Positions 1-8,553 of a DNA stretch of 24,000 nucleotides are shown one piece after another. Numbering within the stretch: position 1 is the first letter of the stretch; each line of letters begins with the position of its first letter. The notes under the pieces are model-generated. The model worked only from the letters and a program-made list of their open reading frames with translations. It ran no database searches and had not been told where the DNA came from. The stretch comes from Gordonia phage Austin: sequence record MW534374.1; one strand, 5' to 3'. The translations under genes were made by a program, and so were the position numbers.

Positions 1-472
1 TTCCACAGGAGCGGGTTGGTAACCTTGAGTCGCTCCATATCCGACGACGAGTCGATGTTGCGGTAGTGGAAGAAGTCGTTCAGCTCCGGCATCTTGGCCG
101 CCATGAAGCGGCGATCGAAGTGAACCGAACTTCCCCACACGGGGAGGCGCTTTGCGCCCCAGGCCTTGACGACCTCGAGGATCGAAGCCTCGGCCTCGAA
201 GTACTGGCGAGGCATGACGCCTCGCTCCTGCAGGGACTCGAGCTCGCCGAGCAGGCCGGACTTGCGGTGCATGCGAACGATGAAGTCGTCGAGGTCGTTG
301 CTCTTGAGGCGTGCCGCGAGCTGCGGAGTCCAGATGACGGCCTGGTGGGACTCTGTGATCTCCCATGTGCGAGTATCGACTCGGGCGATGCCGAACTCGA
401 TCATCTCTTCCTTGTTCGCATCCAGGCCGGTGGTCTCGACGTCGATGAATACTGCTTCGTACGGCTTCATGA
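1..472 (-). CDS. DnaQ/oligoribonuclease-like 3'-5' exonuclease (partial, runs off the window edge)
   Basis: Manual reverse translation from ATG at 472: MKPYEAVFIDVETTGLDANKEEMIEFGIARVDTRTWEITES...VHFDRRFMAAKMPELNDFFHYRNIDSSSD. Exo I motif (FIDVETTG), and Exo II/III-like HFDRRF / RNIDSS segments. Confidence 0.75.
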
Positions 473-652
473 GTTTGACTCCTTGATGTATTTGTGCACG
501 TCTGACCGGGGGATCAGCCAGGACTTGCCGGGTCGGCTTGCGTTTGGGAACACTCCTTCGCGCAACTTAACTCGCACGGTCGCTTCTGTGACCATGAGAA
601 TTTCTGACACTTCGCGCGTGTTGAGTAGCTCTTGATCTGGCGCGATTCTCAC
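467..652 (-). CDS. small helix-turn-helix / excisionase-like DNA-binding protein
   Basis: LLNTREVSEILMVTEATVRVKLREGVFPNASRPGKSWLIPRSDVHKYI matches the MerR/excisionase HTH_17 pattern. GAAAGGAG SD lies upstream; the GTG at 652 is better spaced than the GTG at 658. Confidence 0.75.
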   Translation of the reverse strand: MRIAPDQELLNTREVSEILMVTEATVRVKLREGVFPNASRPGKSWLIPRSDVHKYIKESNS

Positions 653-947
653 TGTCACTCCTTTCGTAGTAGCTATCTATTGCTTTGGCTTCATCCACAA
701 CCTCTAGGTCATATACCATGACCTTCATTCTGCAGGCAGAACAGAGTCCTTCGGACCTGCGCAACTCTACCGATCCGCTGGGATGTCTCTTGTCCCACTC
801 TATGTAATAGTCGAACGAAGATGTCATGTGCATTGACGACAGTCCATATTGACTGTCGAGTGCCATCGGCGTGATGTCGGCCAGCGGGTCCTTCGGCATT
901 CCGCACCACTTGACGTGACTGATGCAGCCGTTAGCCTTCATCCTCAT
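567..947 (-). CDS. hypothetical protein with CxxC motif (GLCSACRMKV)
   Basis: Open frame; its 3' end overlaps the HTH gene by about 90 bp, so the C-terminus needs checking. Confidence 0.5.
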   Translation of the reverse strand: MRMKANGCISHVKWCGMPKDPLADITPMALDSQYGLSSMHMTSSFDYYIEWDKRHPSGSVELRRSEGLCSACRMKVMVYDLEVVDEAKAIDSYYERSDSENRARSRATQHARSVRNSHGHRSDRAS

Positions 948-1182
948 CGCCAGCCTTGAGCCATGCGAGGAGCCTCTCGGATACTGTAATGATCAGCTCT
1001 GATCGCTTCACGCCGGGCGTGTTTCCGGTGCCCATGTAGATATCTGTCGCACACCTCATCGCAAGCATGCGCAACTCTCGCTCGGTTGTTGCCGAGCCGA
1101 TCTGCATTGCAGGGCTTAGTGTAATTGCGGAGTTGTCTCCGCTGATCGGCCCGAGCGTGTAGTCTCTCTGTGTTTCTTCCAT
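931..1182 (-). CDS. hypothetical protein, 83 aa
   Basis: Start overlaps the stop of the helicase gene; acidic C-terminus; co-directional. Confidence 0.55.
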   Translation of the reverse strand: MEETQRDYTLGPISGDNSAITLSPAMQIGSATTERELRMLAMRCATDIYMGTGNTPGVKRSELIITVSERLLAWLKAGDEDEG

Positions 1183-2813
1183 TACAGCGTGCCCTCCAAT
1201 GCTTCACTGAGCTTCTCCATGAAGCTCGAATCCTGCGATCCCTTCGTGCCACCGCGAACGATGGTGTCGAATGAGAACTCTTTGTCTTTGATGATCTGCT
1301 CAACCCGATACTCGGCAGAGTTTTTAACTTGATAGTCGAAGATCGTAATTGAACTGTGCTTCTCGGAGCCGACGCGGCGCATGCGACCGATGCACTGATC
1401 GTTCAATCCCGGCGAGAACTCCTTGCCAACGAACTGCCCGTGATTGGCAGCAGTCATGTTGAGTCCAACGCCGATAGCCTTGATGATTCCGATAACCACA
1501 GCGCCGCCCTCGAGTGCTTCCCACTCCTTGACGACGCCCTGCCGCTTATCCTTCGACACTCGGCCACTGATCTCGTAGATCGGCGTGCCCGGTCGCGCCA
1601 CCTCGAGCCTGCGCTTGTAGCAATCAATGACTTCCTTGAACTGCGTGAACACAATCAGCTTGTGCCCGTTGTCGAGAATCTCTACTGCATCCTCGATAGC
1701 CAGGTCGAGCTTCGGCGACTCGTCCCAGCTAGGAACGAGCGTCGCGGTAGTCGAGCAAATCTGGCGCATACGAAGCTGGCGGACCATCGGCCACTCGAGC
1801 GCCTCTTCCTGCTCTTCGGTCATGGCGGGTACAAACTTTTGCAGCTTGTGCTCGGTGGCGAGGTAATTGTACATCTCGCGTGGTCGATCAACTAGCGAGA
1901 CCAGTCGCCGTATGACGTTCACCTCGGGCAGGTCGATCACATTGTCGATCTCGCGACGCAGCATAACCTGCGATAGGCGCGTGGTCAGCTGTCGAGGATT
2001 CTTGACAGACACAACCTGCTTGCCGTTGAAGCCGCCCAGTGAGCAGTACTTCGCACGGAAACCAGCGAACGTCCCCCACTGGCCGGGGGTGACCCAGTCA
2101 AGTAGGGTCCACAGGTCGTCGACCTGGTTCGTCATCGGCGTGCCGGTCATCGCGAGTCTGCGCGGCGCGGCGATCTGCGAGATGTTCTTGTAGGCGTTCG
2201 TCTCTTTGTTCTTGATGACATGAGCCTCGTCGGCGACGATGAAGTCGACGCCCATTGAGTTGATTTGCTGAAGATGGTCCGCAAGAACTTCATAGTTGAT
2301 AACGAGAATCTTGTGGTTGTCAATCTTCTTGAAGGTCTCGATCTGCTTGAAGCGTTCGATCACATTGCCAGTCGGCACGCAGTAGTCCAAGTATGTGAAC
2401 TTCTCGATCTCGTCCGCCCAGTTCATGCGGAGCGAAGCTGGAACAACTGCCACCATAAAGCAGCGCTTTGACGGGTCCTTCTTGACGCTCATCCAGATGT
2501 GCATTCCGAATGTGAACAGCGCCTGAATGGTCTTGCCGAGACCCATCTCGTCGCCGAGAATTGCGCCTCGCTTGTTCTTGAGCCACTTGACGCCCTCTTC
2601 CTGGTATGGCTTGAGAACGATCTCTGGCTTGATCCAGTTGTCGAGCGAACCACGACTCTTCGGAACGGTTATTGGTGGTGCTGTCATCGACTTCCTTCTC
2701 GACGTAGCGGGAGGTACTGCAGACTTGGGGTCCAGTGTTGGCACACTCATGCCAAGTTCTGAGGCTCGACGGTTAATCGAGGCCGTAAGTTTTGACTCCA
2801 AGTCTGCTAGCAT
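1182..2813 (-). CDS. SNF2-family DEAD/DEAH-box helicase
   Basis: DEMGLGKTIQALF (Walker A), DEAH (Walker B), TGTPMTNQVDDLWTLLDW, IGIIKAIGVGLNM and QCIGRMRRVGSEKHSSITIFDY (motif VI). Confidence 0.93.
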   Translation of the reverse strand: MLADLESKLTASINRRASELGMSVPTLDPKSAVPPATSRRKSMTAPPITVPKSRGSLDNWIKPEIVLKPYQEEGVKWLKNKRGAILGDEMGLGKTIQALFTFGMHIWMSVKKDPSKRCFMVAVVPASLRMNWADEIEKFTYLDYCVPTGNVIERFKQIETFKKIDNHKILVINYEVLADHLQQINSMGVDFIVADEAHVIKNKETNAYKNISQIAAPRRLAMTGTPMTNQVDDLWTLLDWVTPGQWGTFAGFRAKYCSLGGFNGKQVVSVKNPRQLTTRLSQVMLRREIDNVIDLPEVNVIRRLVSLVDRPREMYNYLATEHKLQKFVPAMTEEQEEALEWPMVRQLRMRQICSTTATLVPSWDESPKLDLAIEDAVEILDNGHKLIVFTQFKEVIDCYKRRLEVARPGTPIYEISGRVSKDKRQGVVKEWEALEGGAVVIGIIKAIGVGLNMTAANHGQFVGKEFSPGLNDQCIGRMRRVGSEKHSSITIFDYQVKNSAEYRVEQIIKDKEFSFDTIVRGGTKGSQDSSFMEKLSEALEGTL

Positions 2814-2816
2814 CTC

Positions 2817-3419
2817 TTACCCCCACTTCTCTTTCATGATGCAGTTCGAGCATCCGCCCTTGCGGTTGATTGTCTCGATCGCATCCTTGAGTGTTCCGTA
2901 TGGCATCTTGCACTTGTGGCACTGAACGCCCTCGTCCGAGTCGGGCGTGCGCTCGAGTCCAAGGTGCAGCATCTCTGCTGACTGCATAACCTCGGCCCGG
3001 ACTTTCTCCAGTTCAGTGTCTGCGGTCAGTGGGCCGATGCCGCCTGACATTACCTCGTCTACGAGCTGCGGTACGGTCTTGATCTTCGCCTCGCCCTCGT
3101 CCACGCTCGGCCCCGTATCGAGTCCGAGCGCTTCCTCGTACGTTCTACCATCGACCATGAGTCCGCGTCGAAACAGTCGGCACCCTACCAGTATGCCCTT
3201 GTAGAGGTATGCGTTGGCGGTTCCGCCGACATTGGAGATCAGTTTCTCGATGTAGTCGAGCTGGTCGTTATCGAGGTCGTCGATGAATGCTGCGAACGAG
3301 GCAAGGTCTGCGTTGTGCTCCTGCTCTTGCTCGCGTGCGCGCAATTGGTACTCTTCCTGCTGCCAGGCGGTGTATTCCTTGGCCTGACGTACAGCTTCCG
3401 ACATGTCGTCGTCGGTCAT
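2817..3419 (-). CDS. hypothetical protein with C-terminal zinc-ribbon-like motif
   Basis: Likely start MTDDDMSEAV at 3419 with AAGGGAG SD; C-terminal CHKC...CSNC. Confidence 0.7.
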   Translation of the reverse strand: MTDDDMSEAVRQAKEYTAWQQEEYQLRAREQEQEHNADLASFAAFIDDLDNDQLDYIEKLISNVGGTANAYLYKGILVGCRLFRRGLMVDGRTYEEALGLDTGPSVDEGEAKIKTVPQLVDEVMSGGIGPLTADTELEKVRAEVMQSAEMLHLGLERTPDSDEGVQCHKCKMPYGTLKDAIETINRKGGCSNCIMKEKWG

Positions 3420-3438
3420 TGTGACTCCCTTCTTTGCA

Positions 3439-3476
3439 CAATTGAAGGGGCTGCATCGGTGCAGCCCCTTCAATTG
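3439..3476. terminator. perfect 17-bp hairpin with 4-nt loop (terminator or RNA-processing site)
   Basis: CAATTGAAGGGGCTGCA-TCGG-TGCAGCCCCTTCAATTG, between the SSB-like gene stop (3540) and the next start (3419). No clear U-tract. Confidence 0.6.
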
Positions 3477-3539
3477 CCTTGCTCCCCTTGCAACTCCGCT
3501 CTTCGGGTGGGTTATAGGAACCCTTTCAGGGGAAGACCC

Positions 3540-4586
3540 TTAGAACGGAGGCTCTTCGTCGTCATCGATGATGACTTCACCAGCCGCCTGCGGTGGCTTG
3601 ACCTTGCCGACCGTGGAGAATACGGGCTCCTCCGGGGGCGGGGGCGGCGTGGGTGCCGCCGGAGTCGGAGCGGGCGTCTCCGTTGCAGCTGGGGTAGCGG
3701 ACGGGGCCGGTGCCGGGGCGGATGCCCACGGGTCGGAACCGTCCACGACGTTTCCCTCGATGTCGCCCTCGGGGACCGAGGCTGCCGGATCGTCGTCCTC
3801 GTCCTTGGGCATCGGAATCTGGCCGAGGAATGCCTGGGCGGACTTGAACGAGTCGAAGTAGTCCTGCCATGCGGCCTGATCGGTCTTGCCCACCTTAGTG
3901 AACTTCGGCGTGCAGTACTTCACACTGCCGCGACGGTTCGCGTCGAGCTCCAGTCGAGTTGCAACCGTGAAGATCGGAGCCTTCTTGGTTGCAAACGGAG
4001 TCACGTATGCCCGTGCAGGCTTGATGCCCGAGCGGCGAATCGTCCACAGTGCAGGCACCCAGGTGTCCGGGTCCTCGGGGTCCTGGTAGAGGAGCGGGAA
4101 GGTCCACTCCTCGGAGCACCAAGGACGCTTGCCGGACGGGTCGGTGTTCCACTCCTTGAAGTGGCAACCCTTGCAGGCGATCGATGGAAGCGACTTCTGT
4201 CCGTCCGCAAGCTGCAGCGGGATTGCATCGCCCGGATTGTAGACCGACTGTGCGCCCCAGGGGAACTGCTTCGCCTCGGGCAGCTGCGGGTCCATGTTTG
4301 GGAAGCCCTCGCGGGTGTTCGGCGACTTGCACAGGGGCGCATCGGCCTCGTTGCCTTCGCTGACCTCGCCCCACATGATGCGAGACTTGTGCAGTCCGAG
4401 GAGGACGACGACGAGACTGTCGAAGAGTTCCTCGGTCTGCGTGTTCTTGAACTTGCCCTCGATGTGATCGATACCGAGTCGCGGCATCGTGAGGTCGCTG
4501 GTATCGAAGTCCTCGAGACCAGTCTCACCGCCGTCCCACTGAACGAGTTCGTTGCCCGTCGTCTGACTGGGCTGCAGAGATGTCAT
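3540..4586 (-). CDS. single-stranded-DNA-binding-protein-like (acidic C-terminal tip)
   Basis: Start MTSLQPSQTT at 4586; ordered N-terminal domain, CKGCHFKEWN...WCSEEW Cys cluster, Pro/Ala-rich linker, and terminal EVIIDDDEEPPF resembling bacterial SSB DDDxPF tips. Confidence 0.55.
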   Translation of the reverse strand: MTSLQPSQTTGNELVQWDGGETGLEDFDTSDLTMPRLGIDHIEGKFKNTQTEELFDSLVVVLLGLHKSRIMWGEVSEGNEADAPLCKSPNTREGFPNMDPQLPEAKQFPWGAQSVYNPGDAIPLQLADGQKSLPSIACKGCHFKEWNTDPSGKRPWCSEEWTFPLLYQDPEDPDTWVPALWTIRRSGIKPARAYVTPFATKKAPIFTVATRLELDANRRGSVKYCTPKFTKVGKTDQAAWQDYFDSFKSAQAFLGQIPMPKDEDDDPAASVPEGDIEGNVVDGSDPWASAPAPAPSATPAATETPAPTPAAPTPPPPPEEPVFSTVGKVKPPQAAGEVIIDDDEEPPF

Positions 4587-4676
4587 TTCTTGTTTGCTCC
4601 GTTCATGCGTTCTGAAGTCTTGGCTGTTTCGTGAGTTTTGCAGGTTTTGCACGTACGTATTCGTTCGTACCCATAC

Positions 4677-4705
4677 ATATTAACACACATGGATTTGATT
4701 GTCAA
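4677..4705 (-). promoter_or_regulatory. sigma70-like promoter TTGACA-N17-TAATAT
   Basis: Minus strand TTGACA (4705-4700), 17-bp spacer, TAATAT (4682-4677), upstream of the SSB-like gene. Confidence 0.65.
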
Positions 4706-4719
4706 CCCCAAACTTTGGG

Positions 4720-5022
4720 CTACCTACCTTTCATCCTGACGTTACGTTGTTCAGTGAAGCGAATCTTTCGATATCGCATCCACGACTTGAACTCCATCTC
4801 GGCCACTCGCCACACCGGATTGTCGCCTGGCGCTGCTATGTTGACGGAAAGCAGTTTACCCTTCCGAGAGCCAATTGAGCGCCCGTAGAAGAAGATGATA
4901 TTGCCCGTCAGATACTTCATCGATACGTCGAGCATCTGCGCAATCTGATCCAACGAGAACAGAAACTCCCTGGCCGGAAGATTCACCTCCGACTCGATCG
5001 CGTCCTCGTCAAAGGAGTTCAT
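4720..5022 (-). CDS. hypothetical protein, possible HTH (LDQIAQMLDVSMKYLTGNII)
   Basis: Open frame, 100 aa, overlaps the neighbouring start. Confidence 0.6.
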   Translation of the reverse strand: MNSFDEDAIESEVNLPAREFLFSLDQIAQMLDVSMKYLTGNIIFFYGRSIGSRKGKLLSVNIAAPGDNPVWRVAEMEFKSWMRYRKIRFTEQRNVRMKGR

Positions 5023-5357
5023 TCCTCGCGCACCTGATTGTAGTTCGCGGAGCGCATCTTGAATGCATCCTTGCCGCCCGTTGGTACGCCAGTGAGATCA
5101 CAGTTGGCGAACTCGAAGAAATACTCTGCCATCCAGGGGGCGAGGTTGACGCCGTATCGCAGGTGTCCGTAGACCTCGAGCGATCGAGTGCTTTCGCGCT
5201 CGAGTCGTTCGAGCTCCTCCTTGATGATCGTCGGAGCTCCGTCCGCGCAGGAGAAGTCTTGCATGCGAGCGTAGACATAAGTCACGTCCGAGAATCGCTT
5301 GAGCTCTCGCTTCTTTGCTGATTCCACCGTGAGCATGTCGGTCTGTCCTTCTTGCAT
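5019..5357 (-). CDS. hypothetical protein
   Basis: 112 aa; stop/start overlap with the downstream gene. Confidence 0.6.
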   Translation of the reverse strand: MQEGQTDMLTVESAKKRELKRFSDVTYVYARMQDFSCADGAPTIIKEELERLERESTRSLEVYGHLRYGVNLAPWMAEYFFEFANCDLTGVPTGGKDAFKMRSANYNQVREE

Positions 5358-5362
5358 GGTGT

Positions 5363-5575
5363 CTACCTCCCTGTTCGCTTTCGCTTTGCGCGAGCCTTAT
5401 CGCGCTTCTTCTGGCGTTCGACCTTCCTGATCTTATCCAGCTTCTCGGCCTTTTCGATCCGTTCGATGTAGTCACTCCAGGACTCATCCTCCGGAGCGTT
5501 CGCCTTGTTGGAGAGCTTCCAGTGGTCATTGACGATCTGATTGTCTCGCATTACCTTTTGTTCCTCCTCTTGCAC
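5363..5575 (-). CDS. small basic hypothetical protein
   Basis: 70 aa; Lys/Arg-rich C-terminus RKVERQKKRDKARAKRKRTGR. Confidence 0.55.
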   Translation of the reverse strand: MQEEEQKVMRDNQIVNDHWKLSNKANAPEDESWSDYIERIEKAEKLDKIRKVERQKKRDKARAKRKRTGR

Positions 5576-6186
5576 GCCTCAAGTCCGTCGCGCATACCCT
5601 CGACCGTGAGGTGGGCGAAGTACAAAGGCTTGCGGTGAATCTTTGCGTAGCCGATGGCTTCCCAGCGATTAAAGACCGCGCCGATTGCGCCCGTGCTGGG
5701 TGGCGACTCTGGATTGATCTGCTCTGCTATGAACTGTGGAGTCAAGCGCTCGCTGAACTCCCCGTTCATAGACTTGATACAGACCTGCTGCACTTCGAGT
5801 TCCAGCTGGCCTCGTTGCCGATAGCCGCTCGAGGTTTGTGTGAACTCGCGTACCGAAACCTTCACGCTTGGTACGATCTCTGAAGGTTGATCGATCGTTC
5901 TCGTTGTTGCGGTCACGCCGAGACTCTCGCCGTCCAGTTCGGGCGAGACGGAAAAGTACTCCGCGAACGAGGGGTGAATCACTGGCACGTAGTTGGGGTT
6001 CTGGTGAACCTGCCTCTCGGCACCGGCCATCTCGTACATTCGGTTGAACTTTGCGTGACATGTGCATGTGCAGATCTCGAATGCCGTGCACACCTTCATG
6101 GGCTTGCCCGTGAAGGATACGGGAGCGGTCCCCTCGCAGCATCCCGTTCCGCAGAAGCCAGTCTTGTATGGCATCGCTCGACTCAC
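5551..6186 (-). CDS. hypothetical protein, Cys-rich N-terminus and possible C-terminal winged helix
   Basis: 211 aa; CGTGCC...CTAFEICTCTCH; C-terminus GAIGAVFNRWEAIGYAKIHRKPLYF. Confidence 0.65.
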   Translation of the reverse strand: MSRAMPYKTGFCGTGCCEGTAPVSFTGKPMKVCTAFEICTCTCHAKFNRMYEMAGAERQVHQNPNYVPVIHPSFAEYFSVSPELDGESLGVTATTRTIDQPSEIVPSVKVSVREFTQTSSGYRQRGQLELEVQQVCIKSMNGEFSERLTPQFIAEQINPESPPSTGAIGAVFNRWEAIGYAKIHRKPLYFAHLTVEGMRDGLEACKRRNKR

Positions 6187-6707
6187 TCCTCTCCATATGA
6201 ACCGGCCTCGTCCGAAACGTCGACCTCTTTGTTGCTTGTATCTCGCGTCTGCACGACGCGGTCCAGGTAGGAAGCCTCATCACTGTCGAGGCTGCATGTG
6301 TCTGGAAGCGTCTCGATCGTTTCGAGAAAGGCTGGCCCCTCCCTCTTCCAGACAATGGGTGGCGGTCGGAAGCACCGGGGATAACTGGTGTCACCATCCT
6401 CGAGTGCAGCCTCTGCGTACTCGTCCCGCTCCCTTGATACCGGAGCGGCGAGCTCGAAAGCTGTATCGATCACACGCTTATGTGCGATCAGCTCTTCGTA
6501 TGTTAGTGAAGACAGGTTAATGAAGTACCGCATCCTCCCGTCTTCAAAGTTAAGTCCTACGTCGTTTCCGGCTTCATGCTCAGCCTTTGCGACAGAGAGT
6601 GAAACCTTCTTCAGGTTTCCATCGGTCCACATTCTTCTCGTTGAGGAATATAGACCCTTCTTTCTGGCCTTAACTGCCGGTTTGCTTTGTCCGCCGGGTA
6701 CGCGCAA
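6183..6707 (-). CDS. hypothetical protein
   Basis: 174 aa, overlaps upstream and downstream genes by a few nt. Confidence 0.6.
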   Translation of the reverse strand: MRVPGGQSKPAVKARKKGLYSSTRRMWTDGNLKKVSLSVAKAEHEAGNDVGLNFEDGRMRYFINLSSLTYEELIAHKRVIDTAFELAAPVSRERDEYAEAALEDGDTSYPRCFRPPPIVWKREGPAFLETIETLPDTCSLDSDEASYLDRVVQTRDTSNKEVDVSDEAGSYGEE

Positions 6708-6915
6708 TTCTCATCCTTTCAGATCGTGGCATGTCCTTGGGGTAGTTGTAGCTCTCGTCCGCCCCGAGGCATTCTTCACACAGCCAGTCGACCGTGCGGG
6801 ATCGAAAGACGGTAGTCTGATTTCCGATGCCAGCGAACAAAACCTTCTTCGAGGTGAGTTCGTCCCGGGCCTTGTCCTTTCCGCAGACTGTGCAAACGTA
6901 CATGGGCTCTTTCAT
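6670..6915 (-). CDS. zinc-ribbon hypothetical protein
   Basis: 81 aa; YVCTVCGKDKARDEL...WLCEECLG. Confidence 0.65.
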   Translation of the reverse strand: MKEPMYVCTVCGKDKARDELTSKKVLFAGIGNQTTVFRSRTVDWLCEECLGADESYNYPKDMPRSERMRIARTRRTKQTGS

Positions 6916-6930
6916 TACTTGCCTTCCTAA

Positions 6931-7794
6931 TCAGAATGGTGGTGGAGATGCACTGGAAAACATATCAATCATGTCCTTCTTTAGAACCGCTGCGTCGTAG
7001 CAGTCTTTACAGAATCCAGTAGATGGAATGAATAGTCGATCGATTGTGAAGGACTCGGTATTTCGCGCGCCACTCTCGCACGCCTGGCACGACACATCGA
7101 AGCGACCGTCGTCAACACTGAAGACTCTGTCTAGAACGGAATCCATAGCCGATACAAACATCTCGCCAAGCGCCTCTACCGTTGGTGGACTTTTCAGACT
7201 CCACACTCCAATATTGATTGGAACGAGTGCCTTCTGTCCGAAGGTATCGAGGCGAGAGTGGGACCTCATGTCGACCAGGGCCATCGTGGCGACGAGTTCG
7301 CACGTAGGTGATACTCGCGAGATGAAGATCACCTCGCGATGCCCAGGGGCGTACGGACTTTCTATTTTGCCCCAAGTTGGGGGATCCCCTGGGCCTCCGG
7401 AGTATAGGTGAGGCCACGCCAGTGGTAGCACAAAGTGACGCCGTGTCATCGATCCAACGCAAAGAGCATATCTAAAAATGACATTCATCTTGGCTTTACT
7501 GAACCAGCTCTCACTGTCCCACGAGAACCTCGTTCCCGAATTGCCAGACGTTGTAGACTCCCTAGTGACAACCGCATTCATAGCACAGCGCTGAAGGCGT
7601 ATTTGGATAGAGGCAGAGTTCATTGACATGTATGTAATGGGATTCTGAATCCCATTCTCTATCATAAAGTCGCCGTATGATCCCATTGCATCCCGCAGGG
7701 AGAGGGAATCTGATTGATCAGCCCAGGCAAACATCGGGGTCTCGATCTCGTTGAGCATGGTTATGCCATCTTGCATGCTGTTAGCCATCTTCAC
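6931..7794 (-). CDS. hypothetical protein with C-terminal CxxC pairs and PPPF C-terminus
   Basis: 287 aa; CQAC...CKDC; ends SSASPPPF. Confidence 0.6.
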   Translation of the reverse strand: MKMANSMQDGITMLNEIETPMFAWADQSDSLSLRDAMGSYGDFMIENGIQNPITYMSMNSASIQIRLQRCAMNAVVTRESTTSGNSGTRFSWDSESWFSKAKMNVIFRYALCVGSMTRRHFVLPLAWPHLYSGGPGDPPTWGKIESPYAPGHREVIFISRVSPTCELVATMALVDMRSHSRLDTFGQKALVPINIGVWSLKSPPTVEALGEMFVSAMDSVLDRVFSVDDGRFDVSCQACESGARNTESFTIDRLFIPSTGFCKDCYDAAVLKKDMIDMFSSASPPPF

Positions 7795-8125
7795 CCCCCT
7801 CCAGGTAGTCGAGGAGTCGTCCCGTCACTGGCGGATCGACCCGCTCTGCGTGCGTTCGTAGCTCCTTGCGATCAAGCATCCCCAGTCCCGCGAACACCTG
7901 GACGGCACGGTGGGTGGCCAGGTCCTTTGTGAAGCGACGAGAACCTCTGCGCTTTGGCGGCCCTGGCTTCTCGTCTGGCGCGGGGGACTTGACTACAGCT
8001 TTCGGCTCGGTCTTTGTTTGAGCTTTGGGCTTCGGCTTGGGCTTAGCCTTTGGCTTCGGCTTTGCCCCGTTGCAGATGCATGGCATCTCTTCGCAGAACA
8101 TGCACGGGCCTAGAGCTTTAGCCAT
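7781..8125 (-). CDS. KPK-repeat protein with Cys-rich N-terminus
   Basis: 114 aa; CMFCEEMPCIC followed by AKPKPKAKPKPKPKAQTKTEPKA. Confidence 0.6.
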   Translation of the reverse strand: MAKALGPCMFCEEMPCICNGAKPKPKAKPKPKPKAQTKTEPKAVVKSPAPDEKPGPPKRRGSRRFTKDLATHRAVQVFAGLGMLDRKELRTHAERVDPPVTGRLLDYLEGGEDG

Positions 8126-8128
8126 AAC

Positions 8129-8392
8129 TTACTCCGGTAGCTGCCCAAGCATTGCTTGGCTGAAGTGCGTGGTTGCGTACGTTCCCAGTCCAACAGCCTC
8201 GGCTGTTGAACCTGCAAGAACCGCCGCCTGGTAGCGCTCGTCGTCCGTCTCGAGACTCGAGAGCTTGATGGAGACGATTGCCGACGAGACGTGCCATCCG
8301 CTGTCTGCCTCGCTGATTGCGACAAGGTTCTCGATAGCCTCGACAACCTTCTGGAAAGCATTCTTCTCTTCTTCTGAAATACCCTCGTGCAT
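8129..8392 (-). CDS. hypothetical protein, first gene after a strong promoter
   Basis: Start MHEGISEEEKNAF at 8392 with AAGGAGGTAGC SD. Confidence 0.65.
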   Translation of the reverse strand: MHEGISEEEKNAFQKVVEAIENLVAISEADSGWHVSSAIVSIKLSSLETDDERYQAAVLAGSTAEAVGLGTYATTHFSQAMLGQLPE

Positions 8393-8414
8393 GCTACCTC
8401 CTTGCTGCCCATCG

Positions 8415-8443
8415 ATAGTACCACATCGGCGAGCTAATGTCAA
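8415..8443 (-). promoter_or_regulatory. sigma70-like promoter TTGACA-N17-TACTAT
   Basis: Minus strand TTGACA-ttagctcgccgatgtgg-TACTAT, 17-bp spacer, about 25 bp upstream of the start at 8392. Confidence 0.75.
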
Positions 8444-8553
8444 ATGTTCTTCTTGCCTGTAGTGTAGGTCACTCGGGACTAGAAGTACCAGTCCGCGCCC
8501 AATACTCGCCTAGCGCGCAATCCCAAGTCGTTACCGCGAGTTCGACCCAGCTT

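Noticed and set aside
3315-4634. 439-aa plus-strand ORF
   Set aside because: Antisense to the well-supported SSB-like gene; Leu/Arg/Val-rich product typical of mirror ORFs in high-GC DNA, no motifs.
5669-6397. 242-aa minus-strand ORF overlapping 5551-6186
   Set aside because: Alternate frame of the same region; Arg/Ser/Thr-rich with no domain, while the 211-aa and 174-aa frames tile without gaps.
7978-8066. Low-complexity KPKPK repeat considered as a DNA repeat/CRISPR-like element
   Set aside because: Explained by a coding Lys-Pro tract; no spacers or regular unit.
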